Below are positions 55,729-64,000 of a stretch of DNA of 64,000 bases, piece by piece. The stretch covers positions 48,980,001-49,044,000 of the forward strand of contig OZ024744.1 of the NCBI GenBank assembly GCA_964016885.1, given 5' to 3'. The stretch comes from Eledone cirrhosa (lineage: Eukaryota). The stretch's first letter is position 1; every line of letters starts with the position of its first letter. The notes under the pieces were generated by a model. That model was not told the origin of the DNA. It was given only the letters and a program-made list of their open reading frames with translations, and searched no databases. The position numbers and the translations under genes were made by a program.

Positions 55729-57793
55729 GACAGATGTTGACCCAACAGAGGGACCAGCTGTACATGTACAAGTTAGAGGTAGTATAGTAAGTAAGGCAAT
55801 CAAGGATATGAAGTCAGGCAGGGCAGTTGGATCCTCAGGGATAGTTGCTGAGATGCTGACAACTTTAGTTATGGCAGGCCACACCATAGTCTCCCCCATT
55901 GAAAACCAAGTCATACAAAATAGTATCATCATAAACTGCTACAAGGGCAAAGGGGAGGCTCTAGATAGAGAAAACTATAGAGACATTAAGTTGGTTGACC
56001 AGGTTATGAAGCTCACTGAAACAGTCATAGCTCAGCTGATTAGAGAACGTATTAACATAGATGAAATGCGGTTTGGATTTGTACCATGTAAAAGTACCAC
56101 AGATGCCCTATTGTTTGTAAGACAATTGCAGGAGAAGTACATAGTTAAGAGTAAGCTACTCTACTTGGCTTTTGTAGACCTGGAGAAAGCTTTTGACAGA
56201 GTCCCCCTGTTCCATTATTTTGTGGGCTCTTAGGAAACTAAGAGTTGACGAATGGCTTGTGACGGCAGTTCAAGCAATGTATGGAAGAACAGCCAGCAAG
56301 TCTGGATTAAGAATGACTATAGCGAAGAATTTAGCATGCAGGTTGGTGTCCATCAGGGCTCTGTTCTTAGCCCTCTCTTGTTTATCATCGTTCTGCAGGC
56401 GATAACGGAGGAGTTTAAGACCGACTGCCCATGGGAACTTTTGTATGCTGATGACCTAAACTTTAATAGCCAAATCTATAGCTGAACTATAGATAAAATT
56501 CCAAATCTGGAAGCAAGGTCTAGAATCTAAAGGTCTTAAAGTCAACCTGGCAAAGACTAAAGTCCTAGTAAATAGAAGGGAAAACAGGGCCCAGATCTTC
56601 TCTGGGAAATAGCCCTGCTCAGTGTGCAGACAAAGAGTAGGTAGAAATTCCATTCTATGTCGCAAATGCAAGCAATGGGTACATAAAAGATGTAATGGGA
56701 TCTCTGGCAAGCTAAACAAAGAATGTAGGTTTTACTTGTGGCAGGTGCACAGGAACAGTAAGTAACAAGAACCCTCAGGATACAATCACCTTCAAATGCT
56801 CAGAGGGCTTGATAGAAGTGGTAGATAGTTTCTGTTACCTGGGTGACCAAAGCAGCAGTACGGGAGGTTGTTCTGCAAGCACAGTAACCAGAGTGAGATT
56901 GGGTTGAAGAAAGTTCAGGGAGATACTGCTGTTACTAACTACAAAAGGTTTTTCTCTCAACATGAAAAGCAGGCGGTATGATGCATATATACGAACAGCA
57001 TTGTTGCACAGCTATGAAACCTGGGCACTGTGTGCTGAGGACCTGCAAATTGGAAAGAAATGAAACCTCCATGCTTCACTGGATGTGCAGTAGCAATATA
57101 CATGAATGGCAAAGTATAAATGTACTGCGTGAGAAATTAGGCATAAGAGGCAACAGTTGTTGCATGCAGGAGAGGTGATTGCATTGGTATGCATATGTGG
57201 TGCATATGAAAGATGACAGCTGTATGAAAAGGTGTAGAGTGGTCAAAGTTGATGGTAACCATAGAGTGGGAAAGCCTAGTAAGACTTGGGATGAGGTAAT
57301 AAAAACTGACCTTACACAATTATACCTCACCAAGGCAATGACTTCTGGCACTATGCAGTATTACAGAAGACCCACCCTCTATTATTCTCTGGCTGAGGCT
57401 TATACCTAGTAGGCAACACCTTCCTCAACCTTCTTCCCTCCCATGCACCTCCCTTTGTGGTAACCATGTCTCCCCTATTACCCACATCCGCAATTTCCCA
57501 AACTTCCTCCTCCCCTCCTTAGTTCCAAGACAAAAGTACCCAGTCCCCGTGTTGGCGACATGATAAAAAGTGTCCAGTCCACACTGTAAAGTAGTTGTGT
57601 AGGTGTCACAAAAAAAAGCACCCAGCACACACTGTAAATGTGATTGGCAGTAGGAAGGGCATCCAGCTGTAGAAACCAAGCCAAAATCTTGGAGCTAAAC
57701 ATGGTCCTCTGACCTGATTTTCTCCCTAAGGGTTAACCCATCCTACTCATGCTAGTGTGGAAGATGGACATTACACGATGTTGATGATGATGA
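55729..57793 (+). mobile_element. Decayed 5'-truncated RTE copy (third subfamily)
   Basis: DPTEGPAV...KAFDRVP...GVHQGSVLSP...LYADDL, with a PHD remnant, 3' UTR and (GAT)n tail. Many stops and frameshifts. Confidence 0.88.
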
Positions 57794-57825
57794 TATATAT
57801 GTTTATATATGATATATGTATATAC

Positions 57826-60800
57826 ATCATCATCATCGTTTAACGTCCATCTTCCACGCTTGCATGGGTTTGGACGGGAGTTTTCCCACTTGAGGCAAGA
57901 GTGGTTATCTTGCTCGTATAGGATTGTCTGGCGGATGTTCTATGGCTGGATGCCCTTCCTAACACCAACCACGTTTACAGTGTGGACTGGGAGGTTTTTA
58001 CAGTGTTACCTACACGGCCACATTACAGCGGGGACTGTGTGTTTTTTTGTCGTGACACCTACACGACCTCATTTGTTTCGGACTGGATGTTGTGGTACCA
58101 ACATAACTTTACATTGAAAGGGGTGGTGTGGATGGGGTGGGGGTAGTGGGACGGGGTGTATTTTTGTGAGGGGTGCCTACTGACTGTAGTAGGTTTCACT
58201 TTGTACTTAGGTAAGGCGGGTCTTCTGTATTACTGTGTAGCACCAAAGATCTCGGTCCAGTGACATTGTCTTGGAGAGGTGTAAGTGTGTGAGGTCGGAA
58301 TTTATCAAGTCGTCCCAGGTTTTTCTGGGTCTGCCTACTCCGTGGCTACTGTCTATTTTTATTGCCCTGCACTTTTTTATACAGCTGTCGTCTTTCATGC
58401 GCATCACGTGACTGTACCAATGTAGTGTTCTCTCGATAAACAACATCTGATCCCTCTTATTCCTAATTTTTCCCTTAGTTTGTTTATGCTTTGCCGTTCA
58501 CGTATATTACTATTACACATCCAGCGGAGCATGCAAGCTTCGTTCCTCTCCAGTCTGCGTATATCCTCTGCACACAATGCCCAGGTCTCACTGCCATGTA
58601 ACATTGCTGTTCGTATGCAGGCATCATACAGCCTGCCTTTCATTTTTAGAGAGAACCCATTAGCGGCTAATAGTGGTATAAGTTCTCTGAACTTTTTCCA
58701 TCCAGTTCTGACTCTAGCTACTGCACTTTCAGAGCACTCTCCACTACTGCTGATTTTGTCACCCAAGTAACGGAAGGTGTCCACTATTTCTATAGAACCA
58801 TCTGTGAAATGGAATGAGCTAGTATTCTGTGGGCACTTGCTGCTACTTATTGTACCAGAGCACCGGCCACATATAAAATCTATATTCTTAGTTAGCTTAC
58901 CTGTGATCCCACTACATCTTTTATGCACCCATACTTTGCATTTGGGACATAAAATGGAGTTTCTGCCTACTCCTTTCCTACACACTGAGCATGGCCATTT
59001 CCCGGATGGGACCGGTGCCCTATTTTCCTTCCTACAAACTAGAACTTTAGTCTTAGACAGGTTAATTTTAAGGCCTTTTGATTCTAGGCCATGCTTCCCT
59101 GTTTGGAATTTCTTCTCTAGTTCAGCCATTGATTCAGCTATGAGCGTTAGATCATCTGCGTATAGGAGTTCCCATGGGCAGCCGGTCTTGAACTCCTGTG
59201 TTATAGCCTGAAGGGCAATAATAAATAGTAGGGGGCTAAGAACGGAGCCCTGATGAACACCAACTTTTACGCTAAACTCTTCACTATATTCGTTGTTAAT
59301 TCTAACCTTGCTGACTGTTTCTTTATACATGGCTTATATAGCTCTCACAAGCCATTCATCAACACCTAGTTTTCTAAGAGCCCACCAGATAATGGAACAG
59401 GGGACTCTGTCAAAGGCTTTCTCCAAGTCGACAAAGGCTAAGTATAGGGGTTTACTTTTAGCTAGGTACTTCTCCTGTAGTTGTCACACAATGAAAAGAG
59501 CGTCTGTGGTACTTTTACCTGACACAAACCCGAACTGCATTTCATCTAGATCAATTCGCTCTCTGATTAGTTGCGCTATTACTTTTTCTGTGACCTTCAT
59601 GACCTGGTCGATTAATTTAATGCCTCTATAGTTACCCCTATCTAGGGCATCTCCTTTACCCTTGTAGCAGTTAATGATGATGATGCTACGCCAGTCCTTC
59701 GGACAACCCCATTCTGTATGACTTGGTTTACTATCCGGGTGACCATAGTGTGTCCCACCATTCCAGAAGCTTTCAGCATCTCAGCAACTATTTCCGAAGG
59801 CCCGGCCGCCTTACCCGTCTTCATATCTTTGATTGCCTTACTTATTATACTACCTTCGACTAACACTGCTGGTCCCTCTATTGGATCGATGTGGGGGAGA
59901 CTGTCTTTCTCCCATTTATTCTCCTCATTTAGTAGCCTTTCGTAGTGACACTTCCAAGCTACCTTCTTATCAGTGTCAGTGATGGCAAGTACACCATCAT
60001 CATTAAGGACACACTTCTCCCCGACAATATCCCGGTTTTCCTTGACACATTGCCTAGCAATCCTGAAGACCTCACATTTTTGGTCCTCGCGTTGTAGAAC
60101 ATGCTTGAACTTTCTTTCCTCTGCTTCCCTTCTTGCGAAGTACACTTGTCTCCTAGCTTTCCTCCTGGCCACTTGATAGTCTTCTCTACTTCCCCCCATC
60201 CCACCATATTTTCCAAGCCTGCTTTTTAGCCTTAATTGACTCCTCCACCTTACTGTTCCACCACCACATTACTCTCCTCCTGCCTATAGGCCTGCTCCAG
60301 CCACAGACTTCATCTGACGCCATCAGCAGGTTTGCTTTCAGGAATTCCCACTGTTCCTCTATATTGTACGACTCTAATTGTTCTTCCTTACTGTCGAAAG
60401 CATCAAGTAATATGCTTTTAAATTTATTACTGGCTGTGGGGTCCTTTAGCTTCCATATTTTTCTCCTGAGGATAGTCCTCTTCTGTTGTCGAGTGCGTCT
60501 CGTCCTGACTATGAGGTCGCTAATTATGAGTCTATGTTGGGAGGTGCATTCTTCAGGGGGGGGGGGGGGGGGATTTAGTGTTTACAACAGACACTCTGTC
60601 ACGTCTTCTGGAAAGGATATAATCTATCTGGCTTGTATGTTCCCCTGATCTGTAGGTGATCAAGTGATTGTCTCGTGTTTTGAAGTTAGTGTTACAGATA
60701 GTTAGGTTATTTGCGTCACAGAATTCCAGGATTCTGGAGCCTTCCGCAAGTGTAGTACCAAACCCATAGCCTCCATGGATTCCGTCATAGCTGTCATAAT

Positions 60801-61218
60801 GTTGTCCAACGTGACCATTTAGGTCAACAAATGTTAGGTAATAATTATATACTCACTGTCGGTTATTTAGGAGGTAGTGAGCATCAGTGTCTCATAGAAT
60901 CTGTCTTTTATAGCGCCAGGCAGTCCAGATTGGGGTGCGTACGCAGATATTACTGTCACAGTAGTTCTATTTAGAACAAGTCTTATTTTAATTATTCTGT
61001 CGTTCACTCTATTTACGTCTATTATCTTATCCACCCATTTTTCTGCTAACATGATTCCTACCCCACCCAGCCCATTGTCATTTCCCACCCAGAAAAGCTT
61101 ATAGCATCTTTTTTTTTTTTTTACCCACAATGAATCTAGCAGACCCACCCCTCCACCTGGTCTCTTGGATACAGCAAACATCAACCTCTTTACGTTCAAG
61201 CATTTCTACAACCTCGTT
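57826..61218 (-). mobile_element. RTE copy, same family as 14982-18927, truncated in the endonuclease N-terminus
   Basis: ORFs 60867-61199, 59642-60199, 58404-59330 and 58207-58446 are nearly identical to the first copy. (CAT)n tail at 57826. Confidence 0.92.
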
Positions 61219-61969
61219 ACACACATATATATATATATATACACACACACATATATATATATATATATATGTGTATAGAATGATTTAGTATCGAGAGAGA
61301 GAAAAAAAGGAAAGATGGGCGATACATATATTTGGTTGCCAACAGTTTGTGCATATGTGCTCAATACTCGTGCCTACAGGGTTAAATATTAGAAGCGTCA
61401 ATATTTAATGGGCGAGAAGAAATAAGCAGAGTGATTATAAAAGAAATGAATACAAGGAGTATAAACCGTTAAAACATGTTTATATAACAATATATATATG
61501 TATATATATATGATATTAGTATATATACGATTTATGTATATACACACAAATATATATATCATTATCATGATATATATATGTATATATATATTATGTTGGT
61601 ACCACAAAACATCCAGCCCACACTGTAAAGTGTCATGTAGGTGTCTCGACAAAAAGTACCCAACCCACACTATAAAGTGGTCATGTAAAAGACACGACAA
61701 AAAGCACCCAGCACACACTGTCAAAGTGGTTGGCATTAAGAAGGGCATCCAGCCATAGAAAACCAGCCAGAAAAACTCCTATTATGAGCGAGATACAGTC
61801 ACCGGACCCAACATGCCTCTAAATGGGTCAAACCCATCTAACCCATGCTAATGTTGAAGATAGAGGTTAATCGATTGCCTTTCATTCTTACGGGGTTGAT
61901 AAAATAAAGCACCAGTAATGCACTGGGGTAATTGCTGACCTTGTGCCAAAAGTATAAACAACTATTACA

Positions 61970-63260
61970 TAGGAGAATGCATCACTCAATATAACCTAGT
62001 AGTTAGCAACCTTAGAATTAGAGCCAGACAAAATTGTAGACAGAAAATAATCTGGAAGAGAAAGACATGAAAGCTGAAAGAGTCCTCAGCTAGGGATAAA
62101 TTCAAGGAAGATATGTTTGACACTTATTATTCTAAGGAAGATGAAATAGAAACCTACAAAGTAGATAAAAGTAGAGGTTCATGTGGGACAATATACTAAA
62201 GGCTACAGAAAGGTCTGTGGCTGGTGTAAGGCCCCAGGATGACAGAAGATAACATTGGTGGTGGAATAGTGAGGTAGATGAAGCAATTAAAGCTAAGAAA
62301 CTGGTATGGAAAGACTGGAAATTTGAGGAAAACGGAAGTGGGGAGAGAAACTAGGGACCAGATACATCTAGTTAGAAATGAAGCAGAAAGTAAAAAGTTT
62401 GCATATGTTTTATGGTGGGAAGACCAAAACCATGGCGTGTTTTAGATTGCAATGTAGTATGCTAAGGAAAATCATGATTTGGGGGGAAGAAGTGATTTTG
62501 AAATAACAGTGGCACACTTTTCCTCACTGATGCTGAAAAGAAAGAAGCATGGAAGTACCATTATGAAAGTCAATTAAATGAGGAGAATGTGTGAAAGGAG
62601 GAGAGGCTACCCCAAGTAGAATCAACTGTGTGATAAGTAAGGCAATCAAGGATATTAAGACAGGAAAGGAGCCAGCCCATTGGAGATAGTTGTTGAGATG
62701 TTGAAACCATCTGGGATGGTAGGCCACATGTTTGTCAAGCAAATATTAAATCAGGTGCCATACCCAAAGACTAGTGCAGCAGCATCATTGTCAACTGCTA
62801 CAAAAGTAAAGGAGGTGCATTAGATAGAGGAAACTATAGAGAAATTAAGTTGTTGGAAAAGTTATAGCACAACTGATTAAAAATAGAATTAACATGGGTG
62901 AGATGTGGTTTGGCTTTGTACCACCAATGCTTTCTTCCTTGTAAGAGGTACTTCCATGAGAGGTACTTAGCTAAGAAGCTGCTCTACCTAACATTTGTTG
63001 ACCTAAAGAAAGCTTTGTAATTTGGTAGACTAAAGATACATGAGTAGCTTGTGAGAGCCATACAATCCATGTAAAAAGATACAGTAAGCATAGTTAGAGT
63101 TAACAATGAATATAGCGATGAATTTAGTGAGCAGATGAGGGTTCAACATGACTTAGTTATGAACCTCCTCATGTTTATTATAATCCTGCAGGCCATCACA
63201 GAGGGGTTTAAGACTGGCTGTATATGGGAATTCCTATATGCTTATGGCCATGCTCTGTAT
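61970..63260 (+). mobile_element. Old decayed RTE fragment (linker plus RT)
   Basis: Remnants such as TGGTGGTGGAATAGTGAGG, ATCATTGTCAACTGCTACAAAAGTAAAGGA and TGGGAATTCCTATATGCT. Confidence 0.7.
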
Positions 63261-63802
63261 GCAGAAAAGGAGTTGTAGGAAATCTATACTATGTATTAGG
63301 TATATAATTGTTTCTACTTTTGGCACAGGGCCAGCAATTATCCCAGTGCATTACTGGTACTTTATTTTATCGACCCCATAAGGATGAAAGGCAAAGTTAA
63401 CCCCAGACGGTAAAGAGCCGTAACTCTATGCTGCAAAGCATGGCATCTGTCCCTCTACTGATACTACCAATCCACTGACTTAAATATATCATATGGGTAC
63501 ACAAGACATGTTGTATGATCTCAGACAGGCTAATGAAGAATGTAGACTTGAAATGAGACAGATGCACAGCACAATCATTTGTTTATATATAATTGATGAT
63601 AGCATCAAGGCAGTTTTATGCATAAGAGAGGTGTATATAAAAACATATATAGACATATATTATACGTTTATCTATATACAATAAAAATTACCATTTCGAA
63701 ACAATGGTTTCTATTAACAATATGCAAATGAACATCTCCAGTAAATGATCATCACACAAAATTCTATATAGACTCTAGTCTATTTCTGTGCCAGTAGGGG
63801 TT

Positions 63803-63861
63803 GAGTAAGTGTCACTGATGAAAAATTAACAAATCTTGAAACAGTGCTGTCAGACATTCTC
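63803..63861 (+). ncRNA. Type I hammerhead ribozyme with intact core
   Basis: GTGTCA-CTGATGA-AAAATT(AACA)AATCTT-GAAA-CAG(TG)CTG-TC-AGACAT. GUC cleavage triplet; one mismatch each in stems I and II. Confidence 0.75.
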
Positions 63862-64000
63862 AAAATGTACTGGCAAATCTGTGATATTTTCACTGAGGAA
63901 AATGGAAGAAAATAATCTTTTTTCCTTAAGAAAAAATAGTTTTCTTCTATAACAAAGCCACCCATGTGTGCTTATTGCATATAAACATATAATATATGTT

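Overview
Eukaryotic, AT-rich, repeat-saturated window with no host exon I can support. Its RTE/SINE repertoire and dense (TA)n tracts resemble an Octopus-type cephalopod genome (inference). Main contents: a near-full-length L1/Tx1 LINE (5758-11623; ORF2 intact, ORF1 interrupted) inside an (ATT)n tract; many RTE-clade LINE copies with a PHD finger inserted after the RT core; CR1, Penelope and older Tx1 remnants; two tRNA-SINE families; Helitron, piggyBac and pogo-type miniature elements; a ~16 kb array of a 24-bp unit; and a 2.4 kb (CCA)n tract. Three observations stand out. (1) A 52-nt GT-AG intron candidate spans the Tx1 ORF1 stop and ORF2 start, and its removal fuses the two ORFs in frame. 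(2) Several small non-coding elements next to or inside (TA)n carry type I hammerhead ribozymes, one with a retrozyme/Penelope-pLTR-like tandem-plus-inverted layout. (3) Substitutions in the 24-bp array look coding-like. All coordinates and pairings were read by eye, and boundaries of decayed elements are approximate.
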